The notes beneath the pieces are model-generated. The model was not told the DNA's origin. It saw nothing but the letters and a program-made list of their open reading frames with translations, and searched no databases. From NCBI GenBank assembly GCA_043228905.1, contig JBHGNT010000003.1:1240001-1304000 (forward strand): 64,000 nucleotides of DNA. The letters are read 5' to 3'. Both the position numbers and the translations under genes were made by a program. This document shows, piece after piece, positions 50,741-64,000 of the stretch. The first letter of the stretch is position 1. Each line of letters begins with the position of its first letter. This DNA comes from Azolla caroliniana. Its lineage: Eukaryota; Plantae; Polypodiophyta.

Positions 50741-52539
50741 TGATGAAGGGAAGGCCAGAACAAGAAGGAGATAAGAGAAGTTGTTTGTCTTGATGGCTCT
50801 TATTCTTCTTGCTTGAAGGATGACAATATCAATGTGCATTCGTTGCCAATTATCGAGAAGATGGTTGTCATTTTGGGCTAATGCATTAACCTAATGGGTA
50901 TCTTTGAGTTTGATCACTGCGAGGGATGAGGTTTGCAGGGACCCTTTTGTGGTGAGGCACGTGAGAAGTCGGTGTCAACAACTCTTGAGCATATCTATCA
51001 ATATTTCCTTTTCTTCCTAATCAAACTCTCTAATCATGTGCCTCTCCTCTTATCAGTAACGAAAAATTAACACAAACAATGAAAGAGTTAAGTTAGTGGA
51101 AGATGCTTACTCACCAAACATAAGAAGAGGACAAAATATCAAACAAAAAGTTTGATCAACAATATCTCGACCAATCATACTTACAATACAAGAATGGAGC
51201 TTAAGTATTTAAAGTAAAGACTTAGGGCTTAATCTTGGATGTGAAAAGCGTAAGATAAGGTTTAGGATTAGAGAGAGAGATAGATACATTTTATTAACAT
51301 CTTTAGAGGTCAAATATGATCTATGAGACAAAAAATATAACACTTTCATGTGCTACATGTGAAAGTGAGTAGTGAGTAGTGACTCTCGATTATCAAGAAC
51401 TTTACCAATGAATGTTGAGATGAAGAGTGCATATTGTGATTGTGCAAGGAATTCGTTCAAGCATTTGGTGTGGTCACAAATATGCAGAAAGCATACTCAA
51501 ATGTTACAATCAATTAATGTAGAAATGTGTATCCTAATGGTAACACCTTGGTGCTATGTGTGTAACGTTATGGTTTCACGCCTTACACATGACACTTGCA
51601 ATACAATTTGAATTTATTTTCATGACTCTATAAGCTTGAGAGATAAAAGGGAAAAGGAGAGGAAATGTGGAGACCTTTGGATAGTTCACATTTCAAATAT
51701 ATGGTTTGGCTATGGTGAGGAAGAAAGATCCTTGATATTTTTTACTTAACTACTAGTTATGTTGGTTTGGCAAGGTCTAAGCTTCAATTTCTCTAAAGTA
51801 AAATAATCATGTACAAAAAGATGGAGGATGCTCGGCCATTCCTTTGGTAAAGCATAAAGTAACCTCTAATTTGCGTATTTGGGGCATGTTTAGAATGTTG
51901 CCTATCTAGGAAGTTCTAGAAGCTATAAGCATTTTGGAATTTGTCATTAAATATAGCTCGGCTTGTTTCAAGGAGGAGTGATCGATAACCAAGACCCTTT
52001 TCGAGGCCCTTTGCCTTGGTTTATTGACAATCAAGATGAGATCGAGGTTGACCCATTCCCATGATTCCCGATGCTTGTCTTCAATTAATTGGTATGACAC
52101 ATTGGTCCCTCCCTATATTTATAAAAAGGTTCGACCCGATCCCAAGTAGAAATATACTCAAGGCACTATTTGCAGACATGCAGATATATATATTAAAGAC
52201 TTGTTGAACACATAGAGATATATATTAAAGACTTGTTGAACACATGCGGGGATGGGGACATCTTTCGATGCATGTGTGTATGGTTTGATCGGCTATGGCG
52301 GCTTACATTTTTGGATATACATATGGTTCTCAAACATATTGGTGAACGTTCATTGGCACATAATTGGAGGGAAGAAAAAGAAGTCATCTAGCATTACAAC
52401 ACTTTCCGTATGGGTAGTAAAGAAGTTGTGAAGATAACCAAAGGGTTGTATTACCATCTTTGTTTTAATAACAAACATAGATCTTTACTAAAAAAAACAG
52501 GAAAAGAAAAAAGAGAACTACCACTAGCATTGGTGCAGC

Positions 52540-52815
52540 ATGGCTATGGTGAGCTTCACCTCCACCATTCCTGTAGAGCTCATTGTTGGGATTACTCTGT
52601 CTCTATTACTCTTCATAGCAGTGGTATAGGAGCTATGGAGACCTTCAAGCGATAAGAATAAGAGCTGGGAAGAGATGAAACTTCCCTTACCTCGGGGCCG
52701 TCTTTAGCCTTCCCTTCATCGGGGCGAAACCCTGGAGTTGCTCTTTGCTCTTCATCTGCAGCCACTATGACCTGCAAATATATTGCATCTAATCCCCACA
52801 TTATGGAGGAGGTTT
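52540..52815 (+). pseudogene. Internally deleted CYP copy (start of exon 1 fused to end of exon 1; no exons 2-3)
   Basis: atggctatggtgagcttcacctcc...gaaaccctggaGTTgctctttgc...gccactatgacctgcaaatatattgcatctaatccc. Confidence 0.88.
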
Positions 52816-54787
52816 GTTTTGTTGCTCCCCAATCACTAGTCAATTTCACACATACTGACATGTAGAAAAATCATTCACTTAATTGGTTTCCGAAGTCATA
52901 TTTCACCTCTCGAAACATGATAGTAAAACTTTCTCTTCTCTTATTAAAACCACAATTATATAGCTAAGTGCTTGTGACAAACACTACAATGGTGACATAA
53001 TCGAGTGGTGCTAATATGCGACATGAACACTTTGTCAAGAGAACAATTTCACCTTGGTTAAATAAACAAAATTGCCATGTCTATACTCCCTATCAACTTT
53101 CATAGATTGCTATAGCTTGCTTGCCATTAAATGAAAACTTTCACTACAAATGCCAATGTAGAATGCCAACTACATTTTAAGATGTGCCACCATCGATAAT
53201 CAATGTTAATTACTTTAAATGATGGCCATTGAAGATTTCATCATGTATAAACCACCTAAAAGCGTAAAAGAGAGGATTAGGGGTCGGTTTATTTCTTTCT
53301 TCTTCTGTTTAGCTTACACACTTGACAAGATAATCGAGGAGTTCAAGTGATATTAGTGCACAAATAAGCTCACCTTCTTAAATTAATAAATTAATTAGAT
53401 CACCGTGAGTCTTTTTAAAATATCAGTTGATCTAGTTTCCCGTTCACTAATAACTTTTCCTTTTAACTAAGGTCTAGGTCATGAAAAAAGTTTCGTGTTT
53501 CTATTGCTTGATTGGGTGTTTTGGTATTATGAAAAACGATGTGGGGTAATCAATAATGCTCCATACAAGAGGGGTATTTATAATATTCCCTCGATATTTG
53601 TTTATTTAATCATTTGAAACATGAACTAGACGCTTATAATAAGAATTCTCATGTAGGGTGAAAGGTTATACGACCGTCACATTCTCAATATTCTTATCAT
53701 GTTTTTGTTGTTGTTGCCAAATTGCATATTACAATTGTTTAATGACCCTCTATCAATGTTTGCAATTCAACTTAATATTATAATGAATTACTTAATGAAC
53801 ATGTCATAGGAACATCAATAATGTCAAGATTTCAATTCATTGAAGCATTTAGAAAGAAAATGTTCAAACATATTAAACTTAAATCATGATCATATATATT
53901 AAAGTTCTTCTTCTTAATGGCTCACTTGGATAATCTACATATATACTACCAATTGAGAGTGGGATTTCAAAAACCCATCATATATCTTTTAAGATCATTT
54001 TGATAGTCTTATGTAGGGAACACCATTATCCTATTCTAGATGTTATTCGTAAAACGTGAATGGAACAACGAAAAAGTGCACTTCTGATGATTGTGGTGGA
54101 AAGTAAACTTTTGAAGATATTATATATATTCATAAAGCACCTCAAAGGTTATATGGCATCTCATCAACTTTAGGCGAATTGAGGTTTGCTTGTTCAATAA
54201 GTAGAGAAATTAATTTTGGAAATCTAGAGATTGAAAAACTATCCTTTAACATTGTGATTAATGCATTCTCTATATCCACTAATTTGAATGGCAAAGCAAG
54301 TATGCCTACATATATCTACTATAGTACTATGTATGGAACCCAAGCAAACCTTGGTTTCTAGTGAGTGATTTTTAAGCTGTATTTTTATGACCAAATTGTT
54401 AGCAAGAGGGCATGATTTCAAACCACAAAAACAAAGATTTTTTATAGTTCAAACCCATTCCTAGAGACTTCAACTTTCAAATTGTTGGGGATGTCTAAAG
54501 TGTCTTATGTAATATATGTCAATGCTTTCAAAAATTGCTTTGGTGGATGTTTTGTTATGTCTAAAATGATATATCACAAACTCAACTAATTCAATGCTGC
54601 TATTTCTTATGTAGCATATGTATTGGCAATCACATTAAAACCGAACCCCATACTTGACTATGATAACCCTATATCCTTTCAAAGCATTCTCATGTTACAT
54701 ATATTTCAGTGGCACAACCGTTGGCATTGCCATGAACCAAGAGAAAGGGTTTAGAGTTTACTTCATCATATCTTGAATTATGTTATG

Positions 54788-55239
54788 TCTACTTGTGTTG
54801 TGATTCTTGGATTCTCATTGGTAGTGGTGATGATTCATGATGATAAGAAGTTTCATGGAACCCAATGCGTTGAATTCCTAAACACAGGTACTTTGTGGCA
54901 AGACCACTCTCGCTAATGTTAGCTCTTAATCCTTACTAATAATATAAACATATAATTGCAATGAACAACATTATTGTTGTATTAGTATATTAATAGTAAT
55001 CACGATGTTGAACTCTACTTGTGTTGTGACTCTTAGATTCTCATTGGTAGTGGTGATGGTTCATGATGATAAGAAGTTTCATGGAACCCAATGCGTTGAA
55101 TTCCTAAGCGCGGGTACTTTGTGGCAGGATCACTCTCGCTAATGTTAGATCTTAATCCTTACTAATAATATAAACACCTAATTGCAATGACCACCATTAT
55201 TGTTGTATTAGTATATGAATAGTAATCACGATGTTGAAC
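54788..55239. repeat. 2 x 226-bp tandem duplication
   Basis: Unit tctacttgtgttgtga...cacgatgttgaac at 54788 and 55014. Confidence 0.92.
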
Positions 55240-57247
55240 AAGTGTGTATACAAGAGAGAGATCTAGAAAGCATGATTTAGAAAGCCAATATCAAGAACAA
55301 TTATAGGAACCATAAAAGCCTTGTGAAGTAAACATGGTGTTTGTAATAAATAAAAACATCATACCTCGCATGTGAAATAGGTCATCATTATGTAGTTGCA
55401 TGATACCAACACCATACATTTAATTAAGAAGTGTTTATATATGTGATCAATCATAAAAAAAATTGTGTTTAGGGAATATTTTTACTCAAATTAAGCAAAA
55501 CGATTCTCCAAAGAATGATCCATTAACTTCATTCAAGTTTAGTTTATTCGCAAAATGGGGGGTAGGGGGGTTATGGAATGATGAGAGAAAATATTATTAG
55601 GCATAAGGATGTGGGTAGCAAATTTCCGTGGATCTACCAGATTGTTGCATTTATAACATTTAGAAAGAATATTGTGTCAAATCTAACAACAATGTACAAG
55701 TGTGTGGTGATTCTTGCTTCTCTTTAGTAGATGGTGATAATGTGTAGTGACTCTTGATAGGCACACAATTTGCATTGAATTTTCAAGCATATACATAACA
55801 AATGCATTTAAGCGTGATAACGTTGTGTCTTATGCCTCAACGATAAAATCAACACTAGATTGCGAGAAATGTTGGCACTAGTTATTAAACATATAAATGA
55901 GAAATAATTGTGGTAACTTTTCTTGGTTCAAAAACATCTGGCATTTACAAAAGCAAGGTTCATATTAACACCCAAGTAATGTGACACTAGAGATAACACG
56001 ATTAGAAAGATGATATCCAAATTTGTTTTAATGATAATGACCGAATAAAATATCTAGTGTGATATTGCCAATGGTAGTTCCATACTTAATGATGCAAAAG
56101 AAGCGTAGGTACAATTATAAATGTTCTCAACACTAATGTCGATAGTAGTATTAAAAAAGAATTATATAGTTTGGCCATGAAAAGCATTGCAATATAACTT
56201 AAGTCACTTTTTTGCATAGCTAATGTGATGCACTATCTTTTATAATGTAGTGAACATGATGATAACTTTATACGACATGTATAAGGTGAGAAAAGAATTA
56301 GCTAATGGAATATGCGCAACGCTTTTGTATTCAATGGTAGACATGGAGTGAAAGCATATCTACGAAAGTTGAAGGGAGTGCAACACATGTCCCTCCTTAA
56401 ATATTGATATATACTATTTATAATAGCTTTTCAAACTAAGCTTCTCAAAACAATAAGTTGTCTCTTTAAGCCAAATAATGATAGCGCTAATAAAGCATCT
56501 ACAAGAGCACAATATTTTGTATTGGAATCATAAGCATGGTGTATTGACAATGACACAATTGTAGCATAGCATATATACCAATCTTCGTGTCTATTCTTAT
56601 GATCAAAGTCCAATAGACTTAGACACTAGTTTGCAAAGGAGCTCACTAGCGAGAGTCATCACGTAAGTAATGGTGAAAGCCCACTTTGTAATTGAGTTGA
56701 TGCAGTGAGAAACTACTCACCGATGATGACTATAGTACACAAGCAACAATGATAGAGCAATGTGTGTGCACCCTTGGAGATCAAGTGGTAGGCTACGCAA
56801 TTTCGAGGTAAGTAGTGAGACATTACACACGGTTTCAATGCAATACGCACGTGAGGAGTCAGATGTCACCATATCATCAATATTCTATGCCTTTGTCATC
56901 CTAGGCTGATCCCCATCCATCCACCACAAAGTGAGAAAGGAATATTTGGTTAGTAGGAAAGGATATTTTGTTTTGTTTAGAACCATGAAAAGCTACAAAA
57001 TTGCTTTCCTTCAATTTCATGGGCTATTGCTATTGTGGAGAGCATTATAGTTTTTGTTTTCCTTTTTATCTGTAGATATATATTTTACCTTTTGTATTCA
57101 TGGAAATGCGTTTGCCACTTTATTTTCATTGTAACTGAAACACACACATAAAAGATATTGAAGAGATCTTCATGCCCTTACAAATAGTTTCACTAGAGGG
57201 AAGGTTTCCATTACCAACATACACACACACACATTCTAAGCTTTATC

Positions 57248-59322
57248 ATGGGACTTACTCTACATGGATTAATCCATAATGCCATTCATTCTTGCATGAT
57301 ACCTTTCTTCTGTTCAAAACCTCCCGAACACGATAACACGGATCGCGAGCTTCACAATACCGACCAAGAGACTAGCATTCCTGACCATCGCCCGAGTGTG
57401 GAACCGAAACCTCCACCACAAATCGTGTCTATCGATGACATTCTCAAGAATTGGGCAGGAGAGTTCGGAAGGTCACAAGCCCTCCATTTCACCTTCTCGA
57501 GCTTCGCATGGGCTCTCGAGGCACTTCACACGCTTGTCGTAGTCTTCGCGGACAGGAACCCGTCGTGGCGATGCGTAACCAATGCCAATCCTATGCCCAC
57601 CCATTCTAGCGGACATTCTGTCCCGATACTATGTGGTGATAGCATGCCCATGTCATCGATATGCTCAATGGATAGGAGCCTTTGGGAATGGACCCGTGGC
57701 AAGTCGGAATCGACCGTCTCCGAATGGGACTTGATTTGTGACAATAGCTATAAGAAAGGCTTGGCCCAATCATCCTTCTTTATTGGATGTCTCATAGGTA
57801 ACCAAACTAAATGAAAGGAATTCAGGACAGGTCACATATGAACTAGTTTCTTTTTGCTAAGTCTTTATTTAACCCACCACTTAATTATGTCTAGTTGAGA
57901 TTGATTTGAAGGACCTTGGTGTGATATGTAGGTTCTGGCATATTCGGGTACCTCTCGGATTCCCGAATCGGTAGGAAAGGTGCATTAGTGCTCGCATGTC
58001 TTAGCAATGGCATCTTCGGCATGCTCACTGCGGCCTCGCCAAATTTACCGGTCTATGCAATTCTCCGTGCTTTGACCGGCATATCTTCGGGTGGTCTCGG
58101 CCTCACCTCCTTCGTCTTGGGCACTGAATGCATCGGGCCAACCAAGCGTAGCTCCGTCGCTATGTCCTCCTTGTATTTTTACCCTTTTGGGACGATCCTC
58201 CTAGCCGGGTTGGCCACCATGGCAAGTGGTCTATCATGGAGGTATCTCTACCTTATCACATCGGCACCATCGTTGGTATATCTTGTGCTCATTTTGCCTT
58301 TCTTGGCCGAATCGCCGAGGTGGTATCTTATAAGAGGACGGAAAGAGGAGGCAATGGGAGTACTTATGAGGATAGCAAAGATGAATGGGAGGAAGTTGCC
58401 GGAAGGTGTTGCATTATCCATGGAATTGGATGACGATCAAGTGCCATGTGGACCGATTGAAAATGGTGTCACTGATAAAACAACACAGCCTCTACATGGG
58501 GTAGAACTTAGAAAAGAGAACATAGAATTAGAAGATAAGCCAATAGTTACAAAGAAGGCCCGATGTGTAAAGGAATGTGGGAGTACCACGGTTCAAGCTA
58601 GAGGGACTTTGTTAGATGTGTTTAAGAGGGATGATTCTAGGATGAAAATTTTAATAGTGATAGTAGTATGGTTTGTAAGTGCTCTAGGGTATTATTCACT
58701 AAACCTTAATGTAGGAAATGTTGGCACGAACTTGAGCTTAAGCCTCATACTAAATGCATTGGCCGAGATCCCCGGATATGCGATCTCCACGATTCTCGTA
58801 AACAAACCTGGTCGTCGGTTAACACTCGTCGCCTCCATGTTACTATGTGCTACTAGTTGTTTAATGGCTGGTGGGGTCTCTTTCTGGCTCTCCGAGTATG
58901 CAACTTCATTGTCTCATCGTAATGTTGTGACTTCATTGACCGGTCGTGATGTTGTTATTGATTATCATAGTCAAGTACAAGCATTGTTGAGAACAAGCTC
59001 GTACATGCAATTGATCGGCGGGCTCTTGGGCCTCTTTTCCATTGCAGGGTCATATAACCTCCTCTACCTCTACACAGCCGAGCTTTTCCCAACGGTTGTG
59101 CGCAATGCGGCACTAGGGTTGACAAATCAAGCGGCGTCCATAGGGTGCATAATTTCTCCCATTAATGTCTTGTCTGCACATTTAGGTGTTGCTTTTCCAC
59201 TTTTCATTATTGGAGCCATATCGCTTGTAGGGGGTCTCATGACTCTCAAGCTTCCTGAAACTCGTAACCAACCTTTCCATGAGACTTTTGAGGAAATGAA
59301 CAAACAAAAAGATGTACCCTAA
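57248..59322 (+). CDS. Organic cation/carnitine transporter-like MFS protein (SLC22/OCT family); exons 57248-57797 and 57932-59322 (646 aa)
   Basis: EFGRSQALHF, TVSEWDLICD, GYLSDSRIGRK (motif A), ESPRWY, GRR, ELFPTVVRN, LPET; many hydrophobic segments; phase-1 GT-AG intron gives an intact frame. Confidence 0.93.
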
Positions 59323-60072
59323 TCAATTTCTTACTTGTATCCTTGACAAAGTAGTACTTCAAAATATTCAATATGCAACTCAATTTAGACGTGATTGAAG
59401 TTGTCTAACTTGTTGGAAATCGGTGTCTATAATATCTTTGAGGTAGATTTCATATTAAGGAGAATTTGTATTATTGATCCTTGAGTTAGTTTTTATGATA
59501 CAACAACAAATTTAGGCATCATCCGAGAAATTAGATCTCTCTAAACATAAAAAAGCACAAGTTCACCCATTATGCATGAATAGAGTCATGTATCATGCAT
59601 GAAACACCTTACTCCATATCTCTTTATATTTCAAGAAAAGAGTTTTTTCATTAAAAAACAGGTACACTCACATCTACAACCTTATTGACATTTTATGCCA
59701 CACCATTTCAAAGGGTGTGGGGGTTGTTTCCATGTTTCTTACTAACTAGGCAATAACTTCAATTTAAGGATTTGTTTGCTCATGTGTACCAAAGTTTGGC
59801 AAGTATTTTTCTAGTTAAAACAACACTTCACAATGTAAATATAATCTCCATTAGCAATATTTAACAATTAACTTTCTAACAAATAAATCTTCTACTCCCT
59901 AAATGCTAGGTGAGGCCCAAATGAGAGGGGAAAAAAGAACATCCTTTATAGGTTGGGAGGGAGGCTAGAAAGAAAAGAAAACTCCTCTTCAAGGAGGGAG
60001 GGTGGGATAAAAGAAGATAGGCTTGTGTGATCTTTGGCAAAAAATTAGGTTGAGACTATGGAGACCTCACAA

Positions 60073-61010
60073 CTCTGATACCATGTGAGAAAACTTGTTA
60101 ATAATACTAGCAAGACAATTGTTAGAATCAATAGACACAACCAAGCTGTGAGACGGTTATTAGATTGCAGTAGCACAATACTTGCAAAGAGTAGGGACAC
60201 AACTAAAGAGTAGAGCATGTTTGCAAGTAGCAACAAAAATAAAGTATAGCCTATTTATATAAAATTGGGGCTCGTTTATCTACCTATTTGGTAGACCAAG
60301 AGTTTAAAACATTACAAATTCTAGAGAGAGAAAGCATTTAAAGAGTTGCAGATTCTAGAGAGAAGAATTGAGGAAGAGAGTGTGTGTAGAGGAAAGATAA
60401 TAAAGATGAAAGAGAGTGCAACTATTGAGTTGACACCCTCCAACACATGAAATGTTGCATTCTTCGCTAAACATATGGAACCTTGGCCATTGTATCCAAG
60501 AACAAGTGCCTTTTCAAGCATCCCAAACTAACTATGCAAGCGGGGTAACCAAATAGCTTGTTTGGAATCCTCTATGGTTAAACATATATAGCCTCTGTAG
60601 TAGATAACACAACTGTCCTCTAAAGTCTAGAGCACCATGAAATAGCTCCACCGAAAAGGGTATATACTTAGCCACTTGTGGACTTGTGTGTATCCACATC
60701 ACTTGCCATGCATGAATCACATGATCCTTTTAACTCTAACGGACCCTTTCCATAACATAGGCATTTACCTTTGGTTCCTTTCAAATTTCAAAAGATAGAT
60801 TTGATTGCCTCCGGATAAGCTCTACGAGATTTAGCCATGAACCTACTAACAACTCTCATTGCATGAGCAATGTCTAGCCGTGTGGCAACCATAGAATCCA
60901 TAAGTGAACCAAACGTTGATGCATATGGAACATTCTTCATGTAATTGGCTACATCATTCATTGTCTTTGGGAAAATGGGAAAATAAACTTGTATCTCTTC
61001 CGTGTCCATT
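60073..61010 (-). mobile_element. Copia remnants: PBS 60073-60083, LTR about 60084-60445, RT/RNaseH scraps
   Basis: TGGTATCAGAG on the minus strand; VPYASTFGSLM..MVATRLDIAHA; LAKNATFH. Confidence 0.75.
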
Positions 61011-62278
61011 ACAAAAATGCCTTTGTATGAGTTTTTTCCCTCTTATTGATGCCATTGACCTTGGGTTCGAACTGGTGGATTCTGTCTTGGTGGCGAGCAG
61101 AGCATAAGTGGTTGTAAACACTTCCGAGCTACTAACTCACTTAGTTTAAAACATTAACACTTGATCTCTCTCACTCTTACTTTACTCTCTCTCAAACAAT
61201 GATAACAAAGTAAACAGAAATGAGGTAATTTATTCTTAACCACATTCCTTCATACAAAGAGGTTTCGCACCGTACAAAGGATAGAGATTAGGATTTGGCT
61301 CACTTAGCTCTTAACCCTAATGTTAGCTCTTAATCCTCGCTAATAATATAAACACCCAATTGCTATGACCAACGTTATTAATAGTAATGACGATGTTGAA
61401 CAAGTGTCTTTACAAGAGAGAGATATAGAAAGCAAAACTTAGAAAACCTATGTCTAAAACAATTATATGAAAGATAAACCCTAGTGAATAAAACATGGTA
61501 TTTGTAATAAATCAAAACATTATACCTCGCATGTGTCATCATTATCTAGCTACACAATATCAACACTGTAAATTTAATCAAGAAATGTTTATATATGTGA
61601 TCAATCATAATAAAATGGAGTTCAAGGGATGTTTTCACCCAAATTAACCAACCGGATTCTCCACAGAATAACTAATCCCTTGATTTTATTTAAGTTTACG
61701 GGACAATTAGAGAAAAATTCTTAGACATAAGGATGTGGGAAGCAAATTTCCATGTATCTACCAGACCATTGCATTCATGATGTACAATTCTGGAGTACAT
61801 CTTGCTCCTCTTTCATAGATGGCGACAAGGATGTAGTGATTCTTGAGAGGCGACGCGACACAAGTTGTCTCTCATGCCTCAATGGTAAAATCAACACTAG
61901 ATTGTGAAAAATGTTGGCATTAGTTACTAAACATGTGAACCAAAAATAATTGTGGTAGCTACTTCTTTTGGTACAAAACAAAACATTCGGCATTTATAAA
62001 AGCGATTTTCGTATTAACAGAAACGATGATATCCCATTCCCATGCGAACGCTTGGATTCAATTTCATTGGTCCCATCACAAGTAGAAATATATTAAAGAC
62101 ATGTTGTACACATGCAGGGATGTGGACATCTGTGGATGCATTTGTGTATGGTTTGTTTGGCTATGGTGAAGAAGAAGAAAAAGAAGAACCATAGAGATTT
62201 GGATGTATGGTTCTCACAAAGATTGGAGAACGTTCAAGTTGTGACAACCAGAGAACTACCACTAGCATTTGGTGACGC

Positions 62279-63957
62279 ATGGCTATGGTGAGCTTCACCT
62301 CCATCATCCCTGTAGAGCTCATTGTTGGGGTTACCCTGTCTCTACTACTAATAGCAGCACTACAGCAGCTATGGAGACCTTCAAGCCAGAAGAATGAGGG
62401 CCAGCAAGAGAAGAAACTTCCCTTACCTCCGGGTCGTTTCGGCCTTCCCTTCGTTGGCGAAACCCTAGAGTTTGTCGGAACACAAAGGAAAGGGATCCCT
62501 TGGAAATTCATCGATGACCGCATCTCAGCGTACGGAGAAACCTTCAAGACGAGCTTAATGGCTTCGCCGACAGTAGTCATTGCTGGTCCTTTGGGTCACA
62601 AGACAGCCTTCTCTAATAGCTATACAGCATGGCCTGCTAGCATGGTCTCTCTTCTTGGGAAAGACTCCCTCATCGCGTGTGCTGCACATCGTGTCCCTCG
62701 CATCCGGAATGCGCTCATGCAATTCTTGCGGCCCGAATCCTTGCAAAGATACACGAGCCGTGTCGACCTCATCCTCCTCACCTTCATTCATGAGTATGTA
62801 GAAGGCAAACCTAAGGTTGCTCTCTTCCCCCTTATAAGGAAGCTCATGTTCTCAATAGCTTGCGAGGTTTTGGTTGGTAAAGGAGACAGAAAAGATCAAG
62901 ATATGCTCCATCATCCTTTCGACACCATGGTGAAAGGCCTCTTTCAGCTTCCAATCAACATCCCAGGAACAACATATAGCAAAGCAATCCCAGCTTCGGA
63001 TGCGATAAGAAAGCAGTTGCAGGTATGGATCAATGAGAGGAGGAGGGATATGGCTGCTGGCTTGGTCACTGGACATGAAGACATCCTCTCTGGCTTTCTG
63101 GCATATACGGATGACCATGGACGACCTTTCTCCGATAAGGAAGTGAAGGACAACATCCTCACGTTGCTCTTTGCAGGCCATGATACCAGCGCTTCTGTAG
63201 CCACCATGGCCTGCAAATGTCTTGCATCTAATACCGAGATAATGGATGAGGTTTACAGAGGTTTGTTTGTGGTCCCTCAATCATGCTCAATTCTTGACCA
63301 GTGCACATATAGTCTTATGATTTGGATATGTTTTTTCTTGTGGACAGAGAACAAGGAGATCGCGGCAAGCAAGCCCCCTGGCGAGCTTTTGAATTGGGGA
63401 GATATACAGAAGATGAAGCTTTCATGGAGAGTAGTTCAGGAATCGATGAGGCTGGTGCCGCCAGTGCAGGGATTATGGAGAGTGATACAGGAAGACATGA
63501 GCATCGATGGCTTCAGGATCCCGAAATCATGGAAGGTACGATAGCACAGAAAACTCATTTAAAAACATGGTTTAGCGGCTCTATATAGGTTTGAACCGAT
63601 AATGTCAAATAGAGCAACACATAAAAGGTGATCCATACATTGCATTTTCCTGCACAGATATTTTCGTCCACACACTCAACTCTACGTAACCCCAAGTATT
63701 TCCGGGAGCCGGAGAAGTTTGATCCGTCTCGCTTCGAAGGAGCAGGCCCGGCTCCATACACGTTCGTCCCATTCGGTGGGGGCCCGAGGATGTGTCCGGG
63801 CAATGAATTCGCACGCATGGAGATTCTGGCGCTCATCCATCGCTTGGTCACCCAGTTCTCGTGGACCCTCGAGGATCCCAACGAACTCATATCAATCAAC
63901 CCGCTACCCTTCCCTGTGAAAGGGCTTCCTATCTTGTTGAAACCACGCATTCCATGA
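62279..63957 (+). CDS. Cytochrome P450, CYP716/CYP725-like, copy 3; exons 62279-63260, 63348-63535, 63658-63957 (489 aa)
   Basis: [21 protein letters not shown]; GT-AG introns; 188-bp exon 2; intact spliced frame. Confidence 0.95.
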
Positions 63958-64000
63958 TTTGATTTAGCTACCACGAGCCCTGCGCTGTGAAGTCATTTGA

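Noticed and set aside
52900-57200. Short ORFs in the AT-rich stretch before the transporter
   Set aside because: About 60 aa, no motifs or splice support; treated as intergenic

Overview
Land-plant nuclear DNA. The (AC/AT/ACAT)n tracts and TE families suggest a fern-like non-seed plant, which is inference only. At 0.1-0.6 kb (-) is a small coiled-coil gene with an INO80E/TBRG1-like C-terminus. At 7.4-28.1 kb is a TSD-resolved nest: a short-LTR Ty3/gypsy element (7378-28124; 4-bp TSD, tRNA-Ala-type PBS, metazoan-looking gag/pol) holds three insertions. These are (i) a Copia (9026-21501) containing a 6.5-kb non-autonomous TIR element with a captured RACK1 fragment and a nested hAT, (ii) a solo LTR with 7x54-bp repeats, and (iii) a 2.4-kb non-autonomous LTR element (23126-25495) encoding only a coiled-coil/acidic ORF. 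Element (iii) has a tRNA-Arg-like sequence complementary to its own PBS where the polypurine tract should be. At 28.5-64 kb is a tandem array of CYP85-clan (CYP716/CYP725-like) P450s: three intact 3-exon genes (30542, 37564, 62279), a deleted pseudogene (52540), a probable further copy in the 100-N gap and inverted exon-3 remnants. An intact OCT/SLC22-like MFS transporter gene (57248-59322) sits inside the array, making it a candidate specialised-metabolite cluster. Also present: LINE remnants, a Gypsy with an unusual repair scar, and a perfect 75-bp foldback. Family assignments come from motif recognition by eye, not database searches.
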